In this document: positions 6,797-15,708 of the stretch, piece by piece
How the letters are laid out: each line of letters opens with the position of its first letter
Numbering within the stretch: the stretch's first letter is position 1
IMG/VR virus record: IMGVR_UViG_3300033994_001756
Coordinates: 96,001 to 160,000 of that record
Length of the DNA: 64,000 bases
Source: a virus
Direction: 5' to 3' (one strand)
Notes under the pieces: model-generated
The model's input: the letters and a program-made list of their open reading frames with translations, nothing else
Databases searched by the model: none
What the model was told of the DNA's origin: nothing
Position numbers and translations under genes: made by a program

Positions 6797-6991
6797 ATGA
6801 CTGTAACAAGTAATGACCGTGGGCAAATGAATATGTGGGCAAAAGAACCCACTATGTATTATGAAAACTACGGTATGGATACCCCCAATCAAGTAAAGGA
6901 AAAGTACAATGGGCGCTGGGCAATGGTCGGTTTTGTTTCTGGTCTTGTTTCTTATCTGGTCACAGGTAATTTCTTCTTCGGGGTCTTCTAA
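6797..6991 (+). CDS. hli: High-light inducible protein
   Basis: EKYNGRWAMVGF chlorophyll-binding helix. Confidence 0.9.
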   Translation: MTVTSNDRGQMNMWAKEPTMYYENYGMDTPNQVKEKYNGRWAMVGFVSGLVSYLVTGNFFFGVF

Positions 6992-7078
6992 ATGACTGAA
7001 CTAATTTTCACTGTAACAAGCATTGTATTCTTTGTACTTCTTGCCCATTCTGTAAATCAACTTTCTAAAACATACTGA
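6992..7078 (+). CDS. 28-aa single-TM peptide
   Basis: [28 protein letters not shown]; fills the hli-petF gap exactly, TGATG coupling to petF. Confidence 0.55.
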   Translation: MTELIFTVTSIVFFVLLAHSVNQLSKTY

Positions 7079-7371
7079 TGGCTACTTACAACATTACACT
7101 TCAATCCCCCGATGGCACCGAAACTACCATTCAGTGTGCCGATGATCAATATATCCTTGAAGCGGCTGAAGAAGCTGGCGCTGATCTACCTTCCTCTTGT
7201 CGTGCTGGTGCTTGCTCTGCTTGTGCTGGTAAACTGATTAGTGGTACAGTAGACAACGAAGAACAATCATTCCTTGATGATGAACAAATTGAAGCAGGTT
7301 GGGTTCTAACTTGTGTAGCATATCCCACCAGTGATTGTGTTATTTTAACTGAACAAGAAGAAAACCTTTAA
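7078..7371 (+). CDS. petF: Plant-type [2Fe-2S] ferredoxin
   Basis: [16 protein letters not shown]...LTCVAYP. Confidence 0.97.
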   Translation: MATYNITLQSPDGTETTIQCADDQYILEAAEEAGADLPSSCRAGACSACAGKLISGTVDNEEQSFLDDEQIEAGWVLTCVAYPTSDCVILTEQEENL

Positions 7372-7386
7372 TTTAGGAGAACAACT

Positions 7387-7506
7387 ATGAAATTCGGTTT
7401 TACCCCTGAGGCAGAAATCCTCAATGCACGTCTAGCAATGCTTGGTTTTGTAATTGCAGTTGGCACTTACTTGACGACTGGGCAAATTATTCCTGGAATT
7501 CTTTGA
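7387..7506 (+). CDS. hli: High-light inducible protein (39 aa)
   Basis: AGGAG RBS; MKFGFTPEAEILNARLAMLGF..TGQIIPGIL. Confidence 0.9.
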   Translation: MKFGFTPEAEILNARLAMLGFVIAVGTYLTTGQIIPGIL

Positions 7507-7519
7507 ATTAAATAAATAC

Positions 7520-7544
7520 AGGAGGTTCAATACCTCCTTTTTTT
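7520..7544 (+). terminator. Rho-independent terminator
   Basis: AGGAGGT-TCAAT-ACCTCCT followed by a U-tract. Confidence 0.75.
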
Positions 7545-8177
7545 ATGTCTATAAAATTAACTGATGCAGCGAAGAACACCAAAGATTACATGCATCAAAT
7601 GGATGCATGGGAATACCTTCAGCAGAATACACCACCAAATGTTCTAGAAGAGTTTGCTAAAAGGTTTAGGAATCAATACGCACAGCCTAATACATCTGTA
7701 GTTCCTCTGTGTGGTGTAGATTTAATTAAGCAATTTGAAGGGTGTGTATTAAAGGCTTATTATGATCCACATACTGGAGGACTTCCTATCACTATTGGTT
7801 GGGGAAGTACCAAAGATATGAATGGAAATCCATTTAAGATTACTGATAAGATTACATTGCAACAAGCAGATCAACTTTTAGAATATCAAATTCGCAATCA
7901 ATTTCTACCACCACTCACTAAGATTCCATACTGGAATGAAATGAATGATGAGATGCGAGGAGCACTACTTTCATTTGCATATAATCTTGGTGCTAATTTC
8001 TATGGGTCAGATGGATTTGCTACCATCACCAAAACACTGAAAGAAAAGTCTTGGCACATGGTTCCAGAGGCACTATATCGCTACCGTAATCCAGGATCTA
8101 GCGTAGAGAAGGGTCTTGCACGTAGACGTAGAGCTGAGGGTGCATTATGGGATTCTGGATTATCTAAGATCAAATGA
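7545..8177 (+). CDS. GH24 phage lysozyme (endolysin-like)
   Basis: IKQFEGC..AYYDP..TIGWGST..ALLSFAYNLG..GLARRRRAE. Confidence 0.9.
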   Translation: MSIKLTDAAKNTKDYMHQMDAWEYLQQNTPPNVLEEFAKRFRNQYAQPNTSVVPLCGVDLIKQFEGCVLKAYYDPHTGGLPITIGWGSTKDMNGNPFKITDKITLQQADQLLEYQIRNQFLPPLTKIPYWNEMNDEMRGALLSFAYNLGANFYGSDGFATITKTLKEKSWHMVPEALYRYRNPGSSVEKGLARRRRAEGALWDSGLSKIK

Positions 8178-8178
8178 T

Positions 8179-8289
8179 TTATTGTTTACTCTCTAAGTAG
8201 TCTAACATCATAATATAAACTATACAACATAGGGTTCCTAATAGAACTATTCCAAGTCCTATTGCAACTCCCCAGGGAAAATCATTCAT
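8179..8289 (-). CDS. 36-aa single-TM peptide
   Basis: Read manually: MNDFPWGVAIGLGIVLLGTLCCIVYIMMLDYLESKQ; overlaps the stop of 8282-8482. Confidence 0.5.
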   Translation of the reverse strand: MNDFPWGVAIGLGIVLLGTLCCIVYIMMLDYLESKQ

Positions 8290-8482
8290 GGTGTTCCTCT
8301 TTGTGAATCCAAGTTTTTAACTCATGCAGATATGTTCTTAACGTATCTGCTTTTTCTTTATGCCAAGGATCTCCAGTCTTTAGATATTCTCTTGTATGAT
8401 TATCTATAGCTTTTAGCATTTGATGGATTGGAGCATTCCAAGGCTCTCTAATTGGAGTGTTAAATGTCCTTCTCTCGTTCAT
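8282..8482 (-). CDS. Hypothetical protein
   Basis: ORF track. Confidence 0.65.
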   Translation of the reverse strand: MNERRTFNTPIREPWNAPIHQMLKAIDNHTREYLKTGDPWHKEKADTLRTYLHELKTWIHKEEHHE

Positions 8483-8515
8483 GAGAACAGTTTATATGTA
8501 TTTAGGCTAGCCCCC

Positions 8516-8549
8516 TTGACAAGTCACCAAACCTGTGGTACTATAAATA
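8516..8549 (+). promoter_or_regulatory. Overlapping sigma70-like and T4 late promoters for psbA
   Basis: TTGACA-17 nt-TACTAT overlapping TATAAATA (8542-8549). Confidence 0.7.
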
Positions 8550-8612
8550 GGTCGAAGGGACGTTACGTTTCTTCACATACTTTTTAATAAACCTTTACGT
8601 TCTTTTAAAACT

Positions 8613-9692
8613 ATGACTGCATCCATCGCTCAACAGCGTGGAAGTAACACTTGGGACCAATTCTGTGAGTGGGTAACTTCTACCGAAAACCGTCTTTATG
8701 TCGGTTGGTTTGGAACTCTAATGATTCCAACCCTTCTCGCTGCTACTATTTGTTTCATTGTTGCTTTCGTTGCTGCTCCTCCTGTCGATATCGACGGTAT
8801 TCGTGAACCTGTAGCTGGTTCACTCATGTATGGAAACAACATCATCTCTGGTGCTGTTGTTCCTTCAAGCAATGCTATCGGTCTACACTTCTATCCCATC
8901 TGGGAAGCAAACTCACTCGATGAGTGGCTATATAATGGTGGACCATTCCAACTGGTCGTCTTCCATTTTCTAATCGGTATCTATGCTTACATGGGTCGTG
9001 AGTGGGAACTTTCCTACCGTCTGGGTATGCGTCCTTGGATCTGCGTTGCTTATAGTGCTCCTGTTGCCGCCGCTTCTGCAGTTTTCCTTGTCTATCCTTT
9101 CGGTCAAGGTTCCTTCAGTGATGCAATGCCTCTCGGAATCTCAGGCACCTTCAACTACATGCTCGTCTTCCAAGCAGAACACAACATTCTCATGCATCCT
9201 TTCCATATGCTCGGTGTGGCTGGGGTATTTGGTGGCAGTCTCTTTAGTGCTATGCACGGAAGTCTGGTTACGTCTTCACTCGTTCGTGAAACAACTGAAA
9301 ACGAATCACAAAACTATGGATACAAGTTCGGACAAGAAGAAGAAACCTACAACATCGTTGCAGCCCACGGTTACTTCGGACGACTCATCTTCCAATACGC
9401 CTCATTCAACAACTCTCGCAGTCTTCATTTCTTCCTGGCTGCTTGGCCTGTTGTTGGTATTTGGTTCGCTGCTCTGGGAGTTAGCACGATGGCCTTCAAC
9501 CTAAACGGTTTCAACTTCAACCAGTCTATCCAGGATAGTCAGGGACATGTGATTAACACTTGGGCAGACATCCTGAACCGTGGTGGTCTTGGAATGGAAG
9601 TGATGCACGAGCGTAACGCTCACAACTTCCCTCTAGACCTTGCATCCGTTCAGACCACTCCTGTGGCCCTGACCGCCCCTGCAATCGGTTGA
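8613..9692 (+). CDS. psbA: Photosystem II D1 protein
   Basis: Full-length D1 motifs, uninterrupted; MGREWELS indicates the E130 form. Confidence 0.99.
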   Translation: MTASIAQQRGSNTWDQFCEWVTSTENRLYVGWFGTLMIPTLLAATICFIVAFVAAPPVDIDGIREPVAGSLMYGNNIISGAVVPSSNAIGLHFYPIWEANSLDEWLYNGGPFQLVVFHFLIGIYAYMGREWELSYRLGMRPWICVAYSAPVAAASAVFLVYPFGQGSFSDAMPLGISGTFNYMLVFQAEHNILMHPFHMLGVAGVFGGSLFSAMHGSLVTSSLVRETTENESQNYGYKFGQEEETYNIVAAHGYFGRLIFQYASFNNSRSLHFFLAAWPVVGIWFAALGVSTMAFNLNGFNFNQSIQDSQGHVINTWADILNRGGLGMEVMHERNAHNFPLDLASVQTTPVALTAPAIG

Positions 9693-9717
9693 CAAGCACT
9701 CTCTAACGTGCTATGAT
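9689..9717 (+). promoter_or_regulatory. sigma70-like promoter overlapping the psbA stop
   Basis: TTGACA-17 nt-TATGAT with TG extension. Confidence 0.6.
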
Positions 9718-9720
9718 ATG

Positions 9721-9743
9721 GGAGCCTCTAGAGGCTCCTTTTT
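9721..9743 (+). terminator. Rho-independent terminator
   Basis: GGAGCCTC-TA-GAGGCTCC followed by TTTTT. Confidence 0.75.
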
Positions 9744-9755
9744 CATGAGTAAACT

Positions 9756-9986
9756 ATGGAAGACCAAATTATTGATGTAGAATCTGTTGAAGTTTCAGAA
9801 GAAGAAACCGTATTAACTCCAGAACTTAGTCTGAATGAAGACAAAATCAAAAGTCCTGCAGAAATTCAAAGGGATCTACAGCAACTAAAACAACTTAATA
9901 AGCAACTTAAAAAAATTAAACGCTACATGAAGAGTCCAATCTATACTGTACGTCAGATGGACGCAAGAACTCAATCTAATCTTTGA
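9756..9986 (+). CDS. Hypothetical protein
   Basis: ORF track. Confidence 0.6.
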   Translation: MEDQIIDVESVEVSEEETVLTPELSLNEDKIKSPAEIQRDLQQLKQLNKQLKKIKRYMKSPIYTVRQMDARTQSNL

Positions 9987-10040
9987 TATATAATATGTAA
10001 CCTTTTAAAAGTATAAATAATACCAGTATACTATACAGGT

Positions 10041-10427
10041 ATGTTTGATAATCTTCCTCCAGTAGCTCAAGGAACTATAGGATTATCCTATGCTATTGCA
10101 TATTTGACAAAAAAAGGTTACAATGTTTCAGTTCCTCTAGTAGATAATCAAAGTTATGATTTAGTGTGTGAGATTGATGGCAACTTAAAAAAAGTTCAAG
10201 TTAAATCTACACGAACTAAAGAAAATTCAAATTATTGTATTCAGTTAAGATCTATTAGATCTAATAGAACAGAAAATACAATTCATAAATTTGACAATAA
10301 TTCTTGCGATTATCTACTAGCAGTTACTGAAGTTGGAGATATATACTTTATACCAACTTCAGAAATTAAATCAAAATCTACTTTATCTTTAGGTGAAAAA
10401 TATCAATCATTTAAAGATAAACTTTAA
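10041..10427 (+). CDS. PD-(D/E)XK endonuclease, homing-endonuclease-like
   Basis: GYNVSVPLVDNQSYDLV..KVQVKS; TATAAATA at 10012 upstream; stop abuts tRNA-Ser. Confidence 0.8.
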   Translation: MFDNLPPVAQGTIGLSYAIAYLTKKGYNVSVPLVDNQSYDLVCEIDGNLKKVQVKSTRTKENSNYCIQLRSIRSNRTENTIHKFDNNSCDYLLAVTEVGDIYFIPTSEIKSKSTLSLGEKYQSFKDKL

Positions 10428-10510
10428 GGAGAATAGCACCGATGGTCGGTAAATCGTCTTGAAAACGATGCCAGGTTAATAGCCTGATAGTTCGATTCTA
10501 TTATTCTCCG
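10428..10510 (+). tRNA. trnS: tRNA-Ser(TGA)
   Basis: GGAGAAT/ATTCTCC acceptor stem with G73, ATCGT-CTTGAAA-ACGAT, long variable arm; atypical D-arm. Confidence 0.85.
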
Positions 10511-10527
10511 CTGTCCGTTATTATTTT

Positions 10528-10683
10528 ATGAACGAACAATTCTACAAAGAATTTTATGAACGGATCCAACACAGCATACAGATTTCAATTAAACATGGGC
10601 ATAATGAATATGCTCTTGGATTAAAAAAATCTGTTATGATTGTCAACGAATTAAAACACAAATATCACCCTGAGACTAAATAG
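10528..10683 (+). CDS. Small hypothetical protein (51 aa)
   Basis: Read manually: MNEQFYKEFY...HPETK. Confidence 0.5.
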   Translation: MNEQFYKEFYERIQHSIQISIKHGHNEYALGLKKSVMIVNELKHKYHPETK

Positions 10684-10691
10684 TATCACTA

Positions 10692-10913
10692 TTGATCGGG
10701 GTGGCTATGAAACAGTGTCCTGCATGTGGGGTAGTTATTGAAGACGGTGTTGCTAAGTTTTCCTTTGGGAAGCCTGGAGATCTAGAATACTTGGCAAAAC
10801 GAGTGTGTCAATATCGTAAAGTAGATTCTCCATGTGCCAACCCATGCTATGATGAAGAAGCAAACTACCCGCCAGGATATGATGAAAACCCTTATTTTAA
10901 TTTACCATCATGA
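10692..10913 (+). CDS. Cys-rich hypothetical protein
   Basis: CPACG..RVCQY..PCAN. Confidence 0.65.
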   Translation: MIGVAMKQCPACGVVIEDGVAKFSFGKPGDLEYLAKRVCQYRKVDSPCANPCYDEEANYPPGYDENPYFNLPS

Positions 10914-11095
10914 CTACTGAAAATGAACAGATTGAAATTGAACTAGATGATAAGACTGCCGCTATTGCTCACATCTTGGCAGAAGAAAAAGGTATCTCAG
11001 TAGACCAATTTATTACCGAGCTTCTAACAGAAGCCATGGAAAATGGTTACTTTGATCGACCAGAAAATGTCACTACCGATGATCCACTAGTATAA
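10910..11095 (+). CDS. Small ribbon-helix-helix-like protein
   Basis: IEIELDD..LAEEKGISVDQFITELL. Confidence 0.55.
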   Translation: MTTENEQIEIELDDKTAAIAHILAEEKGISVDQFITELLTEAMENGYFDRPENVTTDDPLV

Positions 11096-11250
11096 TGCAA
11101 CTATACTTTCTTTTATTTGTAATGGTAGTTACTTATGTTTGTGTTAGCGATCCAAATGTATTGGATTGGATTTCCATAAAGATAAATCATTTTCTAGTAT
11201 ATTTGCAATTACGATATATCAAATTCAAGTGGATGTTCAAGAAATTTTAA
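11095..11250 (+). CDS. Small membrane protein (51 aa)
   Basis: Read manually; TAATG coupling, hydrophobic N-terminus. Confidence 0.5.
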   Translation: MQLYFLLFVMVVTYVCVSDPNVLDWISIKINHFLVYLQLRYIKFKWMFKKF

Positions 11251-11256
11251 TTCTTC

Positions 11257-11292
11257 GGAGGGCTTGACAGCCCTCCTTTTTTCTGGTATACT
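11257..11292 (+). promoter_or_regulatory. Terminator hairpin fused to a sigma70-like promoter
   Basis: GGAGGGCT-TGAC-AGCCCTCC-TTTTTT; TTGACA-17 nt-TATACT. Confidence 0.75.
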
Positions 11293-11313
11293 ACGGAGGC
11301 AAGTCAAGGTCCT

Positions 11314-11550
11314 ATGCAAGTCACTATTTACAGCAAAGAAAATTGTCCGTATTGCGAAAAAATCAAACAAGTTTTTGGATTACTTGAAGTTCAATTTGTT
11401 GAATACAAACTAGATACTGATTTTACCAGAGAGAACTTTATTCAGGAGTTTGGAGAAGGTTCTACATTTCCACGAGTTGTTATTGGCGATAAGCTAATTG
11501 GTGGAGCTTCTGATACTATTGAATACCTAAAGGAAAACAACCTACTATGA
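11314..11550 (+). CDS. nrdC: Glutaredoxin
   Basis: CPYC active site, TFPRV..IGG. Confidence 0.92.
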   Translation: MQVTIYSKENCPYCEKIKQVFGLLEVQFVEYKLDTDFTRENFIQEFGEGSTFPRVVIGDKLIGGASDTIEYLKENNLL

Positions 11551-12248
11551 GTGAGATCGCAGCTTTTATTGACACAGTTATTGATAGCTTTGTCGTAACC
11601 CGTAAAAAACCAAAAGCCAGCTTTACTCAATTTCTAAAGTCTCAAGACATTGATCGTAGGACTATCAATGATTTTGTAGATAACAAACTCAATTTTATTA
11701 CAGATCAAATTGAGGAACTATCTATTGCATTAGATGGTGATGATGAAGTAGTCAAAGAAGGTTATGGTAACTTCCGTCGTCCAGAGCTTCGTGATTTCAA
11801 AGAACTTCTTAATCAGATTGTAGATGATCTGTATGCATATAAAAGTGCCAAAAAGATTACTCGTAAGAAGCGTCGAGTTACGCCAGAAAAACTGGTTAAA
11901 CTCGTCACATTATACGACAAAGAACTTGTCTTTGGAACTGATGTCTATAAGCCACAATCTCCTACAGAAATCATCGGCTCAAAACATGTTTTCCTCTATA
12001 ATGTAGAGAAGCGAGAATTATGTTATTATACTGGACGATCTTTATCAGTTCGACGTACTATGGTAGATGGGTTTGATCCCGACAAATCTTGGGTACGAAC
12101 TCTCAGGAAACCAGAAGAGTTTCTATCTGAAGTACTATCAGCTAGCAAATTTAATGTAGAGAATATTGGTAGTCATCTAACTACCAAACCAAAAACTCCA
12201 ACTGGACGAATGACATCCAAGCACATTCTAATCAAGGTCATTACATGA
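11547..12248 (+). CDS. Conserved T4-like hypothetical protein
   Basis: 233 aa ORF; VRTLRKPEE and GRMT motifs typical of this locus. Confidence 0.75.
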   Translation: MSEIAAFIDTVIDSFVVTRKKPKASFTQFLKSQDIDRRTINDFVDNKLNFITDQIEELSIALDGDDEVVKEGYGNFRRPELRDFKELLNQIVDDLYAYKSAKKITRKKRRVTPEKLVKLVTLYDKELVFGTDVYKPQSPTEIIGSKHVFLYNVEKRELCYYTGRSLSVRRTMVDGFDPDKSWVRTLRKPEEFLSEVLSASKFNVENIGSHLTTKPKTPTGRMTSKHILIKVIT

Positions 12249-12403
12249 GCGAAAAGTTACTAAATAAAAATGTAAGAGCAATGATAAGTGGGAGGAAAAA
12301 AGACTTGCAAAAGCCTGACTTCCACTTCGATAAATTAGTTTCCATATTCAAGAGAAACTATAGAGTGGAAGTTAAGATCTTCGTAGAAGAAACACAAGAC
12401 TAA
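12245..12403 (+). CDS. Small hypothetical protein (52 aa)
   Basis: Read manually; ATGA overlap with the previous gene. Confidence 0.55.
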   Translation: MSEKLLNKNVRAMISGRKKDLQKPDFHFDKLVSIFKRNYRVEVKIFVEETQD

Positions 12404-12423
12404 AACTCTAAAGGAAAAGAACC

Positions 12424-12657
12424 ATGGGCAATCTATTACTTTTGCTTACTGTATTTGCAGTAGGATTCGTTTTAATAGGATTATCATTCTTAATTGGTAT
12501 GGTTTTTGGATGGTTCGCAAACGAATATTTCAATCCAGTCTCAGCTCATGCAACTGGGCATCCAGAAATGTATGATGAGAATGGAAACTATATTACCGAG
12601 GAATTAATTGCTGTACGTTTTGAGGAAGAAGACGACGAGGACGACGAAGAGGATTAA
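12424..12657 (+). CDS. Membrane protein with HPEMYD motif and acidic tail
   Basis: N-terminal TM segment; HPEMYDENG. Confidence 0.7.
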   Translation: MGNLLLLLTVFAVGFVLIGLSFLIGMVFGWFANEYFNPVSAHATGHPEMYDENGNYITEELIAVRFEEEDDEDDEED

Positions 12658-12660
12658 TTT

Positions 12661-13542
12661 ATGATACTGGTTGATATGAATCAGTGCATGATTAGTAATT
12701 TGATGATGCAAACTAGACTGAGTGACGGACTAGATGAAAATATGGTCCGTCACATGGTACTTACATCTCTCAAATCATACAAAAAAAAATTTCATGCCGA
12801 GTATGGCAACTTAGTTCTTTGTTACGATAGCAAGCACTATTGGAGGAAAGAAATTTTTCCATACTATAAACAAAACCGAAAAAAAGATAGAGAGAAATCT
12901 TTATTTGATTGGTCTCAGATCTTTGAAATCTTGAATAAAATTCGAGATGAAATTCGAGATAACTTTCCATATATTGTAATGGAAATTTATGGAGCTGAGG
13001 CAGATGATATTATTGCCACTCTATCAAAACATGTTACAGTCCACAACATCAAAAAGCAAAAAGAAAATTTAAAGACTGAAAAGGTCTTAATTTTATCAGG
13101 CGATAAAGACTTCATTCAATTATCGAAGTATCCCTGTGTAACTCAATATAATCCTGTTCAAAAGAAGTATGTAAATGATGGGATAGATCCCAAATTATAC
13201 ATCAAAGAACATGTGATCAAAGGTGATAGGTCAGATGGTATTCCAAATTTTCTATCTGAATCAGATACCTTTGTTTCTGGTAAAAGGCAGAAACCCATTA
13301 GCAAGAAGAATATTGCAAAATGGATTACTGCAGAACCAGAAAGTTATTGCAATGAACAACAGTTAATTAACTATCATCGCAATCAAAAACTTATAGACCT
13401 AGCCTGTATCCCATCTGAAATAGAGGATAAAATTATCACTGAGTACAACTTGTTAAATAGTAGTACACCAAATAAAATTTCAATGAACTACTTCATTGAA
13501 AACAGGTTAATAACATTATTAAATGAATTGGAGGATTTTTAA
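12661..13542 (+). CDS. rnh: T4-type RNase H / 5'-3' flap exonuclease
   Basis: MILVDMN, YWRK..YYK.NRK, EADDII, SGDKDFIQL, GDRSDGIPN. Confidence 0.93.
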   Translation: MILVDMNQCMISNLMMQTRLSDGLDENMVRHMVLTSLKSYKKKFHAEYGNLVLCYDSKHYWRKEIFPYYKQNRKKDREKSLFDWSQIFEILNKIRDEIRDNFPYIVMEIYGAEADDIIATLSKHVTVHNIKKQKENLKTEKVLILSGDKDFIQLSKYPCVTQYNPVQKKYVNDGIDPKLYIKEHVIKGDRSDGIPNFLSESDTFVSGKRQKPISKKNIAKWITAEPESYCNEQQLINYHRNQKLIDLACIPSEIEDKIITEYNLLNSSTPNKISMNYFIENRLITLLNELEDF

Positions 13543-13545
13543 CTC

Positions 13546-13998
13546 ATGGCTGAACTACCAGTAGAAAGACTTCTGATTTCGGAAGTTCTACAAAAAGTAT
13601 CTAATGCAAAAACAAAAAAAGAAAAGATTGAACTACTACGTAAGTATAAAAGCGCAGCACTTCAATCAATTTTAATTTGGAACTTTGATGACAGTGTAAT
13701 TACTCTTTTACCAGAAGGTGAAGTTCCGTACACTCCAAACGAAGCTCCAGTAGATACAGAGCACACTCGACTACTACATGAATATCGAATTCTGTATAAC
13801 TTTGTAAAGGGCGGAAACGATGGTCTTGCAAACAACAAACGAGAGACCATGTTTATTCAATTACTAGAAAGTCTTCATCAAGATGAAGCTAAAGTTCTTT
13901 GTATGGTAAAGGACAAAACCCTAGGTAAAAAATATAAGATTACTAAAGCTTGTATTGAAGAAGCCTATCCTGAAATTAAGTGGGGCAATAGGTCGTGA
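13546..13998 (+). CDS. Conserved T4-like hypothetical protein
   Basis: LPEGEVPY and RETMFIQLLESLH motifs. Confidence 0.75.
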   Translation: MAELPVERLLISEVLQKVSNAKTKKEKIELLRKYKSAALQSILIWNFDDSVITLLPEGEVPYTPNEAPVDTEHTRLLHEYRILYNFVKGGNDGLANNKRETMFIQLLESLHQDEAKVLCMVKDKTLGKKYKITKACIEEAYPEIKWGNRS

Positions 13999-13999
13999 C

Positions 14000-14257
14000 A
14001 TGTGTAAAATCGTACATCAAGATTGCAGCAGAGATTTAGCAAAGGATAAAACACTACCATTAAATTCATACCTAGTCACCTATGAGGTTGACAACCAGAC
14101 AAGGTATGATATAATAGTGTGTAACAAGCGGGCTCAGATCTTTGATATGTACTGGGACAAGTACCGTGAAGGTCTGAAAGACATCCGCTGGACCGATGGC
14201 AAGGTCAACCCCAAACTATGGGGAGTTCAACCAAAGGAACCCAAAAAGAAAAAGTAA
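14000..14257 (+). CDS. Hypothetical protein
   Basis: ORF track; ATG at 14000 likely. Confidence 0.65.
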   Translation: MCKIVHQDCSRDLAKDKTLPLNSYLVTYEVDNQTRYDIIVCNKRAQIFDMYWDKYREGLKDIRWTDGKVNPKLWGVQPKEPKKKK

Positions 14258-14259
14258 CT

Positions 14260-14922
14260 ATGAGCAATGTTTTTTTGATTTCGTTAAGTCAAGGTGCTGG
14301 AAAACTAGAAGGTAAGACAGCCCAAGAAGTGATTACTTATACTGCTCGTGTAAGTAATCCAGCAAACCAAGAAAAGTTTGATACTGCTGCTGGACTTCTT
14401 CGATACTGCATTCGTGAAAATCATTGGAGTATCTTTGAACAAGCTGATATGACTCTGGAGATTAATACTACCAGAGGAATCGCGGCTCAAGTGCTTCGTC
14501 ACCGTTCATTTACATATCAAGAATTTTCACAGCGATATGCTGATACGAAACTTCTCACTGATAGACCATCAGTTCCAGATCTTCGCCGTCAGGATACCAA
14601 GAATCGCCAGAACTCAATTGATGACTTTGGTGATTATGTGAAGCTAAAAATGCAAGGTGAAATTCAAGAACATTTTGAGAAGAGTCAACAACTATATGAT
14701 TCTCTTCTCAAACAGGGTGTGGCAAAGGAATGTGCAAGGTTTGTGCTTCCTCTAGCCACCCCAACAAGGATTTACATGAAGGGCTCAGCCAGGTCATGGA
14801 TTCATTATATCAATCTACGATCTTCAAATGGAACCCAAAAGGAACATATGGATATCGCAAATGAATGTAAAGATATCTTTAAGACCTGCTTCCCTGATAT
14901 TGCAGAAGCACTAGACTGGTAA
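14260..14922 (+). CDS. thyX: Flavin-dependent thymidylate synthase
   Basis: HWSIFEQ, RHRSFTYQEFSQRY, AKECARFVLP. Confidence 0.96.
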   Translation: MSNVFLISLSQGAGKLEGKTAQEVITYTARVSNPANQEKFDTAAGLLRYCIRENHWSIFEQADMTLEINTTRGIAAQVLRHRSFTYQEFSQRYADTKLLTDRPSVPDLRRQDTKNRQNSIDDFGDYVKLKMQGEIQEHFEKSQQLYDSLLKQGVAKECARFVLPLATPTRIYMKGSARSWIHYINLRSSNGTQKEHMDIANECKDIFKTCFPDIAEALDW

Positions 14923-14939
14923 TGTGAAATTTCTTTGTT

Positions 14940-15488
14940 ATGAACATCTTTTATTTGAATTACAATCCAGCTATATGTGCTCAAGAACATTGTGACAAGC
15001 ATGTAGTCAAAATGATTGTCGAGTATGCACAACTTCTATCAACCGCTCATCGAGTTCTTGACGGTATTGGTTATTACGAACTTTCTAATAAGAATCGACA
15101 AGTCAAGAGATTCAAACTCGATGAGCCAAGAGAATCAAATCTCTATAAAGCTTGTCATATTAACCACCCTTCTGCTATCTGGGCTAGGAGTTCTAGATCA
15201 CATTACAACTGGCTCTATGAACTCTTTGAACAATGTTGTATTGAATACACCAGAAGATACGGCAAGTTTCATGCTACTGAATCTTTGAGAGCATATTTAA
15301 AACATCCTCCTAATAATCTTCCTGATTTGGGGTGGTCTGATCCACCTCCAGCTATGCCCGATAAATATAAGGAAACTGACACAATTCAGTCTTATCGTAA
15401 TTATTACATTGGAGATAAAATTGCTTTTGCAAAATGGAAATCTCCTTCTACTATCCCTGAATGGTTTAAGACAAATGCCAACCTATAG
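14940..15488 (+). CDS. denV: Pyrimidine-dimer DNA glycosylase/endonuclease V family
   Basis: MNIFYL..HCDKHVVKMIVEYAQLLSTAHR..NHPSAIW. Confidence 0.8.
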   Translation: MNIFYLNYNPAICAQEHCDKHVVKMIVEYAQLLSTAHRVLDGIGYYELSNKNRQVKRFKLDEPRESNLYKACHINHPSAIWARSSRSHYNWLYELFEQCCIEYTRRYGKFHATESLRAYLKHPPNNLPDLGWSDPPPAMPDKYKETDTIQSYRNYYIGDKIAFAKWKSPSTIPEWFKTNANL

Positions 15489-15708
15489 ATTCAAAGATAA
15501 TAACACTGGTGAAGAGTTTGAGAAGTGGATGTATATGGCTGACCGAGAGCCATATCTAAAAGAAAACCCACACATCACCCAAGTTCCAACAGGAATGTAT
15601 TCTATCAGCGAAGTTGGGGACTGGAAAAACACGAAAGTCCCTGGCTCATTTAAAGATGTGTTAGGTCGCATCAAAAAATCATATCCCAACTCAACTTTTG
15701 ACGTATGA
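15475..15708 (+). CDS. FmdB-like small protein
   Basis: MPTYRFKDNNTGEEFE N-terminus. Confidence 0.65.
   Translation: MPTYRFKDNNTGEEFEKWMYMADREPYLKENPHITQVPTGMYSISEVGDWKNTKVPGSFKDVLGRIKKSYPNSTFDV

Noticed and set aside
8613-9692. Intron in psbA
   Set aside because: The ORF is continuous and of normal length
10055-10080. CCAGTAGCTCAAGG resembling a tRNA 5' end
   Set aside because: No T-arm or complementary acceptor strand; it lies inside the endonuclease ORF
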